The translations under genes and the position numbers were made by a program. Positions 1 to 9,642 of a stretch of DNA of 64,000 bases are shown here, in pieces. A model generated the notes under the pieces. It did no database searches and was not told where the DNA came from. It was given only the letters and a program-made list of their open reading frames with translations. Positions within the stretch are counted from its first letter, which is position 1. The number at the start of each line of letters is the position of its first letter. This DNA is from an uncultured cyanobacterium (GTDB taxonomy: Bacteria > Cyanobacteriota > Cyanobacteriia > PCC-6307 > Cyanobiaceae): the NCBI GenBank assembly GCA_963765575.1, contig CAVXWZ010000011.1, positions 416,001-480,000 on the forward strand, written 5' to 3'.

Positions 1-1
1 T

Positions 2-271
2 CTTGCCACCGGGCCAGCGCTGACACCGGCGGGGCTCTGGCGGCAGCTGGGCCTGGAGCCCCTGGGCGCCCTCGCGGGAACGGCGCAACCATTGACCGCG
101 AAGCCACCAGCCTCGGAGTCCCCGCCCCTGGAGTCACCGGCCACGTTCCCCCAGCCGCCAGTCTCCCCGCCGCCGATCCGCGTGGCGGTGAACCAGGTGT
201 TTGCTTCGGCCCACACCATTCTCCAGGCGGGCGACGATGTGGCCTTCCTGCCTCCCATCAGCGGTGGCTGA
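2..271 (+). CDS. moaD: Molybdopterin synthase sulfur carrier subunit (5' partial)
   Basis: Frame from nt 2 reads ...IRVAVNQVFASAHTILQAGDDVAFLPPISGG*, the C-terminal GG of MoaD/ThiS; lies upstream of moaE. Not in the ORF track because the start is outside the window. Confidence 0.9.
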   Translation, partial: LATGPALTPAGLWRQLGLEPLGALAGTAQPLTAKPPASESPPLESPATFPQPPVSPPPIRVAVNQVFASAHTILQAGDDVAFLPPISGG

Positions 272-275
272 GGCG

Positions 276-872
276 ATGGCTGAGGCGATGGCGGCCACGG
301 TGGTGCGGCTCTGGAGCGAGCGCTTCGATCCGTTCGTCACCCTGGCGTCGTGGCAGGCCGAGCTGGCCGCCAGCGGTCCCCTCGCCGCAGCGGAAGCGCA
401 CTTCATCGGCCGGGTGAGGGCCGTGACAACCAGCGGTGCCGCCCTGGAGGCCCTCGAACTGGAGCATTACCCCGGCATGACGGAGGCCCAGATCGGCCGT
501 CTGGCCGCCGCCTGTGCTCGCCGCCACGGACTGGCCGCGGTGCGGGTCGATCACCGGGTGGGGCGGATCAGCCCCGGTGAGCCGATCGTGCTCGTGGCGG
601 TCTGCGCCGAGCGGCGCGGTCCCGCCCAGCGGGGTCTGATGGAGCTGCTCGAAGCGATCAAGCACGAGGCACCCTTCTGGAAGCGCGAATGGAGCGCCAA
701 CCGCGGCCGCTGGGTCGCCAACACGCCCCTGCGTGACTCAGAGGCTGGGCAGCCTTCAGAGGATCGGCAGCCGCAGCAGCTGGGCCCAGAGCTCCTCACC
801 GGGCTCCAGCAGGGTGGCCGCGGCCGGAATCTCCACCAGCAGATCGGCCCCCTGCAGCGATCCGATCCGTGA
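276..872 (+). CDS. moaE: Molybdopterin synthase catalytic subunit (true end probably near 736)
   Basis: Motifs FIGRVR, LELEHYPGMTE, HRVGRI, IKHEAPFWKREW. The tail after NTPL overlaps moeA; an out-of-frame TGA sits at 734-736. Confidence 0.9.
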   Translation: MAEAMAATVVRLWSERFDPFVTLASWQAELAASGPLAAAEAHFIGRVRAVTTSGAALEALELEHYPGMTEAQIGRLAAACARRHGLAAVRVDHRVGRISPGEPIVLVAVCAERRGPAQRGLMELLEAIKHEAPFWKREWSANRGRWVANTPLRDSEAGQPSEDRQPQQLGPELLTGLQQGGRGRNLHQQIGPLQRSDP

Positions 873-2012
873 GGAGGCCTGGCTGCCCTCCAGCCGCGCC
901 AGCGGCCGGCCGTCATCGCTGATCTCCAGACGCGCCCGGGCCAGCTCGGGGCGGCCACTGCGCCGCTCCAGCCGGTTGGCCAGTTGCACCCGTAGCCGCG
1001 GCAGCCCCCGCGGTGCGGCGATGCCCTCCAGCCGTTCCAGGGCCGGCCAGAGCAGCTGCAGAGCGGTGATCGCCGCCGCCACGGGGTTGCCCGGCAGGCC
1101 AAAAAATGGACGCCCGGCGAGCCGGCCAAAGGCGAAGGGCCGACCGGGGCGCAGAAACAGCTTCCAGAACTCCACCTCGCCGAGCTCGGCCAGCAGGGGG
1201 CGAATCCAGTCGCCATCCCCCACCGAAACGCCCCCGGTGCTCACGACCACATCGGCGCCGGCGGCGAGCTCCGCCAGGGCGGCCCGCAGGGCGGCGGGAT
1301 CGTCCGGCGCCACGCGCACGGTCACCACCTCCTGCCCCAACCGGCGCAGCAGGCTCACCAGCAGGGTGCTGTTGCTCTCCCAGATCTGGCCTGGCTGGCG
1401 CCGGACCCCGATGGGCACGAGTTCGTCGCCGGTGATCAGCAGCCCCAGCCGCGGCCGCGGCCGCACCGCGAGGGATTCCACCCCGCAACCGGCCAGCCGG
1501 GCCAGATCGGCCGGGCCCAGCCGGACGCCGGCCGGCAGCAGCTCCAGACCGGCGGCGGCCTCTTCATCGGCGGCCCGGATCCAGCGGTTGGTGGCGGGGT
1601 CAGCCTTGAGCCGAATCGTCTCGGGGCCAGCTGCGGCCAGCCGTTGGCAGTCCACCAACTCCTGGGGAAGCACCCGCTGGGCCTGATCGGGCACCGCGGC
1701 GCCGGTGAGGATGCGGATTGCCTGGCCGGCAGCGAGAAGCCCCTCGAATGGCCGACCGGCCGCTGAGCGCCCGACCAGGGTCCAGCTGCTGCCCACCACG
1801 GGGGGCTCGGCGTCGCCCACCGCATAGCCATCCATGATCGAGGCGCGGAACCCGGGCACCGCGGCGGCGGCGTGCAGGGGCTCGGCGTTCACCCGGCCCA
1901 GCGCTGCGCCCAGGGGAATGGCGGCGCTGCCGGCAAGGGGCTGCACGGCCGCCAGCACCAGCCGACGGGCTTCAGCCAGCTCCAGTCCTTCGCGGGGAAA
2001 GGGTTCAGCCAC
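756..2012 (-). CDS. moeA: Molybdopterin molybdotransferase
   Basis: [49 protein letters not shown]. Confidence 0.95.
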   Translation of the reverse strand: MAEPFPREGLELAEARRLVLAAVQPLAGSAAIPLGAALGRVNAEPLHAAAAVPGFRASIMDGYAVGDAEPPVVGSSWTLVGRSAAGRPFEGLLAAGQAIRILTGAAVPDQAQRVLPQELVDCQRLAAAGPETIRLKADPATNRWIRAADEEAAAGLELLPAGVRLGPADLARLAGCGVESLAVRPRPRLGLLITGDELVPIGVRRQPGQIWESNSTLLVSLLRRLGQEVVTVRVAPDDPAALRAALAELAAGADVVVSTGGVSVGDGDWIRPLLAELGEVEFWKLFLRPGRPFAFGRLAGRPFFGLPGNPVAAAITALQLLWPALERLEGIAAPRGLPRLRVQLANRLERRSGRPELARARLEISDDGRPLARLEGSQASSRIGSLQGADLLVEIPAAATLLEPGEELWAQLLRLPIL

Positions 2013-2499
2013 CGGCAGGGCGGCTCCAGGCGCCGTGGCGTCCGCCCTGCTTGCTCAGCAGGCGCACCGGCCCGATCGTCATCGCCGGATCGACGGCCTT
2101 GAGCATGTCGTAGAGGGTGAGCAGACCCACCTGCACCGCCGTCAGCGCCTCCATCTCCACACCGGTGGGGCCCAGGCAACGGGCCGACACCTGCAGCCGC
2201 AGGCCACTGCCCTGCGGCAGGGGTTCGATCTCCACCTCCAGGCCCGACAGGCTGATCGGGTGGCAGAGGGGGATCAGCTCCCAGGTGCGCTTGGCACCCT
2301 GGATGGCGGCCACCCTCGCTACGGCGAGCACATCGCCCTTGGCAGCGGTGCCGGCCATCACCAGCTGCAGGGTGGCCGGCGCCATGCTGATGATGCCCTC
2401 GGCCACGGCGCTGCGTCGGGTGGGCTGGCGGTCTCCCACCTCCACCATGTGCACCTGACCCTCCGGGGTGAGGTGGGACAGCTGGCGCTCAACGCTCAC
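2005..2499 (-). CDS. moaC: Cyclic pyranopterin monophosphate synthase
   Basis: LSHL...[46 protein letters not shown] start at 2499. Confidence 0.95.
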   Translation of the reverse strand: MSVERQLSHLTPEGQVHMVEVGDRQPTRRSAVAEGIISMAPATLQLVMAGTAAKGDVLAVARVAAIQGAKRTWELIPLCHPISLSGLEVEIEPLPQGSGLRLQVSARCLGPTGVEMEALTAVQVGLLTLYDMLKAVDPAMTIGPVRLLSKQGGRHGAWSRPAGG

Positions 2500-2686
2500 C
2501 CAGGGCCTGCCAGAGGGTGGAGGGGTGGGCCACCACGGGCTCGACGGAGCGCCCGGGAACCGCCGCCTGGCGAGAACTCGCCACCAGCTGGACCGCCAGG
2601 GAACCCACGACGAACATGCCGCAGAAGGCCAGAGCGATGCCCAGGGAGCTGGGGCGCGAGGCAACGGAAGCAAGCCGTTGGGCCAT
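2489..2686 (-). CDS. Small hypothetical membrane protein (65 aa)
   Basis: ATG start, one hydrophobic helix ([21 protein letters not shown]), 3' end overlaps the moaC start. Confidence 0.6.
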   Translation of the reverse strand: MAQRLASVASRPSSLGIALAFCGMFVVGSLAVQLVASSRQAAVPGRSVEPVVAHPSTLWQALGER

Positions 2687-2710
2687 GGCCGGATGGAAGG
2701 GAGAACCCCC

Positions 2711-2920
2711 TCAGTATGGAGATGCTGACCAAGGCGACGCCAGCGGCGGCGGAGCGGCCAGCGAGCTGAAGACGGGTTGGGCGCCGTGCAGGCCGACGTG
2801 GGCGATCCCGTGGAGAATGCCGAGACAGAGGCCCAGGCCGGCGGCCAGATTCACGCTGCTGCAAGCCCCGATCGAGGAATCTTGTGTTGGCTGGGGCCGT
2901 GGCGCTGCAGCCACCGACAC
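2711..2920 (-). CDS. Small hypothetical membrane protein
   Basis: Hydrophobic segment [22 protein letters not shown]; co-oriented with the moaC block; start uncertain. Confidence 0.4.
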   Translation of the reverse strand: MSVAAAPRPQPTQDSSIGACSSVNLAAGLGLCLGILHGIAHVGLHGAQPVFSSLAAPPPLASPWSASPY

Positions 2921-3016
2921 CGAAGCCCAACAGAATCAGGTCCCCGGGATGCTCCCGTTCAGGCCCCTCCGTTGCAGGGGTTGGAGTCAGATTTCTTCAC
3001 CGCCTCAGCGCTTCCC

Positions 3017-3478
3017 ATGGATCAGCACTGCCACTGCTTCGCCTTTGAGTCGGATTTCGTCGCAGACCTGCGCTGCCTGCCGATGGCGGTGCGGCGCAAG
3101 CTCGACCTGGCCGGGGTGAAACTGCGCCTGCAGCAGTGGAATGCCCTCTCGGCGGAGGAGCGCGGCCGCGTGCTCGCCTGGGCTGATGCCCCTGCCGCCA
3201 TCGATGACCTGCGCGGCTGGCTGCTGGCGCGGAGCGCGGAGCTGCCCGGGGGTGCGGCCCGCACCATGGCACCGGCTTCAGACACGGCCTGGCAGCAGGG
3301 TGAGGCCCCCCCGGAGGTGCTGCTGCGCTCCTGCGCGGAGCTGGCCCTGCCCTGGCGGGCGGAGCGCTGGCCGGCGCTGAGCGAACTGCAGCGCTTTGCC
3401 CTGGTGAAGCTGAGCCATCCGGGCCACGAACACCGCAACCTGCCTCGCGCCCTGGCGGAGTTCGACCTCCTGGCCTGA
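3017..3478 (+). CDS. narM: Nitrate reductase-associated maturation protein
   Basis: CFAFESDFVADLRCLPMAVRRKLDLAGVKL ... LQRFALVKLSHPGHEHRNLPRA. Confidence 0.92.
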   Translation: MDQHCHCFAFESDFVADLRCLPMAVRRKLDLAGVKLRLQQWNALSAEERGRVLAWADAPAAIDDLRGWLLARSAELPGGAARTMAPASDTAWQQGEAPPEVLLRSCAELALPWRAERWPALSELQRFALVKLSHPGHEHRNLPRALAEFDLLA

Positions 3479-3508
3479 ACCAGCAGTGCCGACCGCTCTG
3501 GACAAACG

Positions 3509-3522
3509 GTGTCAACCGCTAC
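3509..3522 (+). promoter_or_regulatory. NtcA-like box (GTG-N8-TAC)
   Basis: GTGTCAACCGCTAC, with GACACT 23 nt downstream, ahead of ORF 3579. Confidence 0.55.
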
Positions 3523-3578
3523 GTTTGATGTGCAGATCCCTTGCTGACACTCCCCCGCCGGCAGGGATCTCCTAGGAC

Positions 3579-4013
3579 GTGAGCGAAGGCACCCACGGGA
3601 GATGCGCCATGGCCGGGGCCAGCACCGCGACGCCCAGCGTCTATCCCCTCCACTTCGACGGCAGCTTCGCTGACTTCAAGGAGCGGCAACTGGTGTTCGA
3701 GCTGGTGCGCCAGCTGGCCGATGCCCAGTTCCGCCGCGCTGACCGGCGACGCAGTGAGCGGCTGTGGCGGGAAGTGGCGGTGGCAGGCATGGATCCCGAG
3801 CGCATCACCGCCCTGCTCTACGGGGGGCACGACCCCAGCGACAGCGTGGAGCTGGAAGCGCTCGACCGTCCCTATCGCCAGCGGGCGCAGCAGGCGGCCC
3901 GCCTGGCCCGCTCGCCCTTCGCCCGCCTGGTCAACCTCGGCCGCCGACGCCCAGCGGCCGGTCACCCTGGTGCTCCGCGAGCTGCCGTTCCAGCCGGGCG
4001 GGGAGCTCGCTGA
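3579..4013 (+). CDS. Hypothetical protein of the nitrate cluster
   Basis: Protein-like core YPLHFDGSFADFKERQLVFELVRQLADAQFRRAD...LWREVA; convergent with and overlapping the narB 3' end. Confidence 0.65.
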   Translation: MSEGTHGRCAMAGASTATPSVYPLHFDGSFADFKERQLVFELVRQLADAQFRRADRRRSERLWREVAVAGMDPERITALLYGGHDPSDSVELEALDRPYRQRAQQAARLARSPFARLVNLGRRRPAAGHPGAPRAAVPAGRGAR

Positions 4014-6177
4014 GGGGTTCCACCGCCACGGCGGCGGCCTTGAGTTCGGGCTGGCCGGAGAGGGGGCAGGCGAGCTCGTGAAGCAAGCGGTTGGCCTCAC
4101 AGGCCGTGTCCTGGCCAGCGCCCCAGTGCATCGGTAGGAACACCGTGCCCGTTCGGATGTCCTCGCTGCAGCGCACGCGGGCCGTGACGCGGCCGCGGCG
4201 GGAGCTGATCGCAGCGATCTCGCCATCGACCACCCCCGCTGCACCGGCATCGCTGGGGTGAATCTCGAGCAGCGGCTCGCTGTGCATGGTCTGCAGCCGT
4301 TTCACCTTGCCCGTGCGGGTCATGGTGTGCCACTGGCCCAGGTAGCGCCCCACGGTGAGCACCAAAGGAAAGCTGTGGCAGGGAGCCTCAGCGAGGCCCA
4401 GGGGCTGGTCAGCCTGGAAGCGGGCAGCCCCTCCCGGAGCGGGGAAGTGCTGGTCGGTGTAGAGCCGCGCCGCGCCTCCGCCCGGGGCGGTGCCGCTGGC
4501 GAAGGGCCACTGCTGGGGCCCGTGCTGGCGCAACAGCCCATGGCTCAGCCCAGAGCTGTCACACACCCGGCCGGCGGTGAGGCCAGCGAACTCGGCGTAG
4601 ACAGACGCGGCGGAGGGAAAGGCGAACGGCCCCTGGTGGCCCAGGCGCCGACCCACCTCCGCAAACACCTCCCAGTCGGGGCGGGCCTGGCCCGGTGGCG
4701 TGCGAAAAGCGGGACAGAAGGTGACCCGGCGCTCCGAGTTCACCATCACGCCATCCTTCTCGCTCCACTGGGCGGCGGGCAGCAGCAGATGGGCCATGGC
4801 GGCGGTCTCGGTGCCGGCGTAGGCCTCGCTCACCACAATGAATGGGCAGTTGGCCATGGCGGCCCGCACCCGATCCAGGTTGGGCATGCTCACCAGGGGG
4901 TTGGTCGCCGCGACCCACCAGATGTCGAGTTGACCTGCCTCCATGGCCTCCACCTGTTGCCAGGCTGTGAGGCCGGGTTCGGCGGCAATCGAGCCTGGCG
5001 CGAATCCCCAGGCCTGCTCCACCACGGCGCGATGCTCGGCAACCTTGACGTTGCGGTATCCCGGCAGCAGATGGGCCAGCCCGCCCGCCTCGCGGCCGCC
5101 CATGGCGTTGGGCTGGCCGGTGAGGGAAAAGGGTCCGGCGCCGGGCTTGCCGATCTGGCCGGTGAGCAGGTGCAGGTTGATCAGCCCCCCCACCGTGGCG
5201 GTGCCTTCGCGGGACTGGTTCACCCCCATCGACCAGAGGCTCAGCAGGGCCCGGCTGCGTGCCCACACCGCTGCGGCCGCGCCCAGATCGTCCTCCGTGA
5301 TGCCGCAGAGCCGGGCCACCCGTTCCGGGGTCCAGTCGCGCAGGATCTCCGCGTAGGCGGAGAAGCCCACGGTGGCGTCCTCGATGAAGGCCTCGTGCAG
5401 GGCCCTGTGATGACGCCGCAGCAGCAGGTGGCCGATGCCGTGGAGGAGCACCAGGTCGGTGCCGGGCCGGATCGCCAGATGCAGATCGGCGATGGCGCTG
5501 GTGGCGGTGCGGCGTGGGTCCACCACCACCACCTGCAGGTCTTCGGCGCGGCGCCGCTTGCGGTGGCGCTTGGCGAGCCGCTGGAACAGCACCGGATGGC
5601 ACTCGGCCAGGTTGGTGCCGATCAGGAAGGCGCCGTCGCAGAGATCCAGGTCGTCGTAGCAGCAGGGGGGGCCATCGGAGCCCAGGCTGCGGGCATAGCC
5701 CGCCACCGCAGAACTCATGCACAGCCGTGAATTGGCATCGAAGTTGTTGCTGCCGATCGCCCCCTTGATCAGTTTCTGGGCAACGTAATAGTCCTCCGTG
5801 TGGAACTGGCCGGAGCCATACATGGCGATGGCGCCCGGGCCGCGGCGAGCCAGGGCGGAGCGGATCTGGGCGACGATGCGCGCCAACGCCGAATCCCAGC
5901 CGATCGGGGTGAAGGGCTCCGCCAGCGAGGGGCGCCAGAGGGGCTGGGTGAGCCGGCCTCGCTGGAGGGTTTCGGTGACGGTGGCCCCTTTGATGCACAC
6001 CTGCCCCAGGCTGGAGGGGTGCTGGCGGTCCCCCCGGGCGCCCCAGATCGGCACGCCGTCCCCATCCCTGCGGGTGGCTGCCCCCTTGGCCGCTGGAGGG
6101 AGCAGCTCCAGACCGCAGCCCACACCGCAATAGGGGCATTGGGACCGGGCAGTGCCGTTGTCGAGGGGGGAGGCCAT
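3931..6177 (-). CDS. narB: Ferredoxin-dependent assimilatory nitrate reductase
   Basis: CPYCGVGCG...C [4Fe-4S] motif, NSRLCMSSA, SLTGQPNAMGGRE, QWHTMTRTG. Confidence 0.97.
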   Translation of the reverse strand: MASPLDNGTARSQCPYCGVGCGLELLPPAAKGAATRRDGDGVPIWGARGDRQHPSSLGQVCIKGATVTETLQRGRLTQPLWRPSLAEPFTPIGWDSALARIVAQIRSALARRGPGAIAMYGSGQFHTEDYYVAQKLIKGAIGSNNFDANSRLCMSSAVAGYARSLGSDGPPCCYDDLDLCDGAFLIGTNLAECHPVLFQRLAKRHRKRRRAEDLQVVVVDPRRTATSAIADLHLAIRPGTDLVLLHGIGHLLLRRHHRALHEAFIEDATVGFSAYAEILRDWTPERVARLCGITEDDLGAAAAVWARSRALLSLWSMGVNQSREGTATVGGLINLHLLTGQIGKPGAGPFSLTGQPNAMGGREAGGLAHLLPGYRNVKVAEHRAVVEQAWGFAPGSIAAEPGLTAWQQVEAMEAGQLDIWWVAATNPLVSMPNLDRVRAAMANCPFIVVSEAYAGTETAAMAHLLLPAAQWSEKDGVMVNSERRVTFCPAFRTPPGQARPDWEVFAEVGRRLGHQGPFAFPSAASVYAEFAGLTAGRVCDSSGLSHGLLRQHGPQQWPFASGTAPGGGAARLYTDQHFPAPGGAARFQADQPLGLAEAPCHSFPLVLTVGRYLGQWHTMTRTGKVKRLQTMHSEPLLEIHPSDAGAAGVVDGEIAAISSRRGRVTARVRCSEDIRTGTVFLPMHWGAGQDTACEANRLLHELACPLSGQPELKAAAVAVEPLSELPARLERQLAEHQGDRPLGVGGRG

Positions 6178-6196
6178 GGCAACCAGGGCTGGGGTC

Positions 6197-7753
6197 TCAG
6201 CTGAATGCCACGGCTGGCTCGTCTTCTCCCTCGTGGAAGTCGTCGAAGGATCCCTTGGGCTCCTTGAGGAAGACGTAGCAGAGAATGCCCACAATCAGTC
6301 CGGCGATACCAAGCATCTGGAAGTAGGCACTGTTGGCGGCGGCAATCACCTCCGGGGAGGGGTCGCTGCCGCCGCCCAGCCACATCGGCAGCAGGCTGTA
6401 GATCGTCAGGTAGGCCACCGCACCCACGTTGCCGTAGGCGCCCACCAGGCCGGCGATCTGCCCGGTGACCCGGCGCTTCACCAGGGGCACCATGGCGAAG
6501 CTGGAGCCCTCTCCGGCCTGCACGAAGAAGGAGCAGGTCATGGTGATCAGCAAGGCCACCACAATGCCGATGGTGCCCGTGAAGGAGCCAGGTCTGATCA
6601 GGCTCATCAGCAGATAGCCGATGCCCAGCCCGATGGTGAGGAATCCCATGGTCTTCTTGCGGGAACCAAGCTTGTCGGAGAGCAAGCCACCGCCCGGCCG
6701 TGCCACGAGGTTCACGAAGGCGAAGGCTGCGGCCAGCACCCCAGCCAGGGCCTTGGGCAGTGAGAAGGTGGTTTCAAAGAATTCAGGCAGCATCGAAACC
6801 ACGGCAATCTCAGAGCCGAAATTAACGATGTAGGTGAGCTCAAGGATAGCCACCTGTTTGAATTCATAGCGATCTTTTTTCGGATAGCTCTTGCGGCCGG
6901 CGAGCAGATCCTTGTTGGTGCGGATGATGCCAAGGGTCTGGGATATGAAGAAAGCCAGCACCAGCAGAAGCGCGATGGTGTAGCCGCTGGAGTTGAGGAA
7001 GCCCACCTTCTGCAGGCGCCAGGCCAGCACGGCGAGGATCGCTGCGAAGGGCACATTCATGCCCAGCAGGCCCCAGAAATCCCGGATGCTGGTGACTTCA
7101 AGCCCAGCGGTCTTGGCGGGCCGCTGGTAGGCCTTGCCCGGTGGGGTATCGGAAACGTTGAAAAAGTAAAACACGCCATAAATTGCCGAGATGATGCCCG
7201 TCAGCGCGATCGCCAGACGCCAGTTGAGCACCACATCGCCAATTTGCACGCCGCCGGAGAAGGACAGCCAGCCCGCCAGCGTTACCAGGGTGAGGGCGGA
7301 GAAGGCGGATCCGAAGTTGCCCCAGCCTCCATAGATCCCTTCGGCGAGGCCGATCTCCTTGGGGGGGAACCATTCCGCCACCATGCGGATGCCGATCACA
7401 AAGCCGGCGCCAACGATCGAGAGCAGCAGCCTGGCGATCACCAGCTGGTTGAAGTTTTGGGCAGAGGCAAACATCAGGCAGGGAATCGCCGCATACACCA
7501 GCAGAGTGGAGTATGTGAAGCGGGGTCCATACTTATCGAGAAGCATGCCGATGATGATGCGCGCCGGCACCGTGAGGGCCACGTTGCAGATGGCCACCGT
7601 GCGGATCTGGGCGACGCTCAGCCCCAGGTCGGCCTTGACCGTGGTGGCGAGGGGCGCGAGGTTGAACCAGACAACGAAGGTAAGAAAAAATGCAAACCAG
7701 GTGAGATGCAGAGTCTTGTATCTCCCCTGGAAGGACCAGAGTTCGCCAAGCAT
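6197..7753 (-). CDS. nrtP: NarK-family (MFS) nitrate/nitrite transporter
   Basis: LHLTWFAFFLTF, GLAEGIYGGWGNFG, GLVGAYGNVG nitrate signatures; multi-helix hydrophobic profile. Confidence 0.95.
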   Translation of the reverse strand: MLGELWSFQGRYKTLHLTWFAFFLTFVVWFNLAPLATTVKADLGLSVAQIRTVAICNVALTVPARIIIGMLLDKYGPRFTYSTLLVYAAIPCLMFASAQNFNQLVIARLLLSIVGAGFVIGIRMVAEWFPPKEIGLAEGIYGGWGNFGSAFSALTLVTLAGWLSFSGGVQIGDVVLNWRLAIALTGIISAIYGVFYFFNVSDTPPGKAYQRPAKTAGLEVTSIRDFWGLLGMNVPFAAILAVLAWRLQKVGFLNSSGYTIALLLVLAFFISQTLGIIRTNKDLLAGRKSYPKKDRYEFKQVAILELTYIVNFGSEIAVVSMLPEFFETTFSLPKALAGVLAAAFAFVNLVARPGGGLLSDKLGSRKKTMGFLTIGLGIGYLLMSLIRPGSFTGTIGIVVALLITMTCSFFVQAGEGSSFAMVPLVKRRVTGQIAGLVGAYGNVGAVAYLTIYSLLPMWLGGGSDPSPEVIAAANSAYFQMLGIAGLIVGILCYVFLKEPKGSFDDFHEGEDEPAVAFS

Positions 7754-7868
7754 GAAGACAGAATTCCTTGTTTAGGACTCTGGCTTCAAGAAGGGGAGAG
7801 CCGCGGTCTGGTTGCGGCGCCACATGCAGACCGCTCTTAAATCACATCATGAAGTGATTGTTGGCACT

Positions 7869-7882
7869 GTTCATTTCGCTAC
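7869..7882 (-). promoter_or_regulatory. NtcA-like box (GTA-N8-AAC) upstream of nrtP
   Basis: Minus strand GTAGCGAAATGAAC, 116-129 nt upstream of the nrtP ATG. Confidence 0.65.
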
Positions 7883-7892
7883 GGATCCGACC

Positions 7893-8537
7893 ATGGCCAG
7901 CCTTTGTCGGCTCCCCACCACCGTGCGCTGCTGCCTGCTGAGTGGTGGCCAAAGCCGGCGCATGGGCGTGGACAAGGCCCTGCTGCGGCATGCCGGCGGT
8001 GGCACCTGGCTGGAGGCCACGCTGCTGCTGCTGGCGGAGCTGGGGGTTCCGCTCACCCTGCTCAGTGGCCATGCCGCCCACATGGACATCGCCGCAGGCC
8101 TGGCTCCCCGGCTGCCGGTGCCGCTGGCGGCCATCAACGAACCGCTGCCCCATGGGGGGCCGCTGCTCGCCCTGGGGCGGCTGATGGAGCGCTACCCGGA
8201 TGCCTTGCTGCTGCTCTGCCCGGTGGACATGCCTGCCCTGGATCAGAACTGTCTGCTGCGCTTGCTGGAGGTGGCCCTGGCCGAGCCCGCCAGCATCCAT
8301 GTGGCCCACGACGGTCGGCGCCGCCAACCGCTGCTGGGCGTCTACCCCGCCAGCCCCGAGCATCGCTGCAGCCTGGCGGCCAGCCTGGGCGCCGGCAATC
8401 GGGCCCTGCAGGGCTGGCTGGAGCAGGAGGGCTGCATCCCGGTGCCGCTGCCGGCGGCGGCGCTGCGCAACGTCAACCACCCGGGCGAACTGGGCGGGCC
8501 GGAACCCCCCGGATCCTCCCCGGCCGCGCAAGCATGA
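7893..8537 (+). CDS. mobA: Molybdenum cofactor guanylyltransferase
   Basis: LLSGGQSRRMGVDKALL, GPLLAL, CPVDMP, NVNHP. Confidence 0.92.
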   Translation: MASLCRLPTTVRCCLLSGGQSRRMGVDKALLRHAGGGTWLEATLLLLAELGVPLTLLSGHAAHMDIAAGLAPRLPVPLAAINEPLPHGGPLLALGRLMERYPDALLLLCPVDMPALDQNCLLRLLEVALAEPASIHVAHDGRRRQPLLGVYPASPEHRCSLAASLGAGNRALQGWLEQEGCIPVPLPAAALRNVNHPGELGGPEPPGSSPAAQA

Positions 8538-8541
8538 GCGG

Positions 8542-9630
8542 ATGGCGACGATCCCGGTGCCCCCCACGCTCCCGCCGCTCGACCGCCACGGCCGTCCGCT
8601 GGGCGTGCTGCGGCTCTCGCTCACGGCGCGCTGCAACCTCGCCTGCCCCTACTGCTGTCCCGACAGCCACGACCCACCGGGGCTGCTGAACCTGGCCGAA
8701 CGCCGCCTGGTGGTGGACACCGCCGTGGGTCTCGGGGCCCACACGCTGCGGCTCACGGGCGGCGAACCCCTGCTCTCCAGCCAGCTCGAAGCGCTGGTCG
8801 CCGCTGTGCGCCCGCTGCCGGGGCTGCGCCAGATCGCCCTCACCACCAATGGTGTGTTGCTCGACGCCGCCCGGGCCCGCAGCCTCAAGGCGGCCGGTGT
8901 GGATCGCATCACCGTGAGCCTCGATGCGGCGGAGGGTTCCGTGGCCGCGCGCATGGCAGGCCTCAAGGGTGGCGCCGCCCAGGGGGAGGCCCTGCTCCAA
9001 CAGGTGCTCGCCGCCCTGGAGCATGGCCGGGCCGCGGGTTTCGACCCGGCGGCCGGCGCGCTCAAGCTGAATGCGGTGATCTGCCGGGGCCAGAACGACG
9101 ACCAGTTGCCCGGGTTGGCCCAGCTGGCCCGCGAGCTGGGCGTTGAACTGCGCCTGATCGAGTTCATGGACGTGGGCCACCGCAACGGCTGGCAGCCCGA
9201 ACGGGTGCTGCCCGCGGCCGCCATGGTGGAACGGATCGGGGCCCACTGGCCCCTGGAGCCCCTGGGCCGCAGCCCGCACGGCACCGCCGCCCGCTGGCGC
9301 TACCGCGACGGCCAGGGCCACCTGGCGGTGGTGGCCTCGATCAGCCAACCGTTCTGCGGCGATTGCAATCGCCTCAGGATCAGCGCCGATGGCATGGCCT
9401 ACACCTGCCTCTTCGCCACGGAGGGCACCGACCTTCGCCCCTGGCTGCGGCCCGCAGCGGCGAGTGGCCCGGATCGCCACGGCCTGGTGGCGGCCATGGC
9501 CGGGCTGTGGGGGCAGCGCCGGGACCGCTGGAGCGAGGAGCGGCAGCTGGCCGCAGAGCCGGAACGGCCCCAGGACAGCGAAGCGCCTTCGCTGGGCCGG
9601 CGCCGCGAAATGGCCTATCTCGGCGGCTGA
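8542..9630 (+). CDS. moaA: GTP 3',8-cyclase (radical SAM)
   Basis: RLSLTARCNLACPYC, RLTGGEPL, FCGDCNRLRI...C, C-terminal MAYLGG. Confidence 0.96.
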   Translation: MATIPVPPTLPPLDRHGRPLGVLRLSLTARCNLACPYCCPDSHDPPGLLNLAERRLVVDTAVGLGAHTLRLTGGEPLLSSQLEALVAAVRPLPGLRQIALTTNGVLLDAARARSLKAAGVDRITVSLDAAEGSVAARMAGLKGGAAQGEALLQQVLAALEHGRAAGFDPAAGALKLNAVICRGQNDDQLPGLAQLARELGVELRLIEFMDVGHRNGWQPERVLPAAAMVERIGAHWPLEPLGRSPHGTAARWRYRDGQGHLAVVASISQPFCGDCNRLRISADGMAYTCLFATEGTDLRPWLRPAAASGPDRHGLVAAMAGLWGQRRDRWSEERQLAAEPERPQDSEAPSLGRRREMAYLGG

Positions 9631-9642
9631 GACCGGGCTGCG

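Noticed and set aside
737..872. C-terminal extension of MoaE
   Set aside because: It is antisense of moeA; an out-of-frame TGA right after NTPL points to an indel
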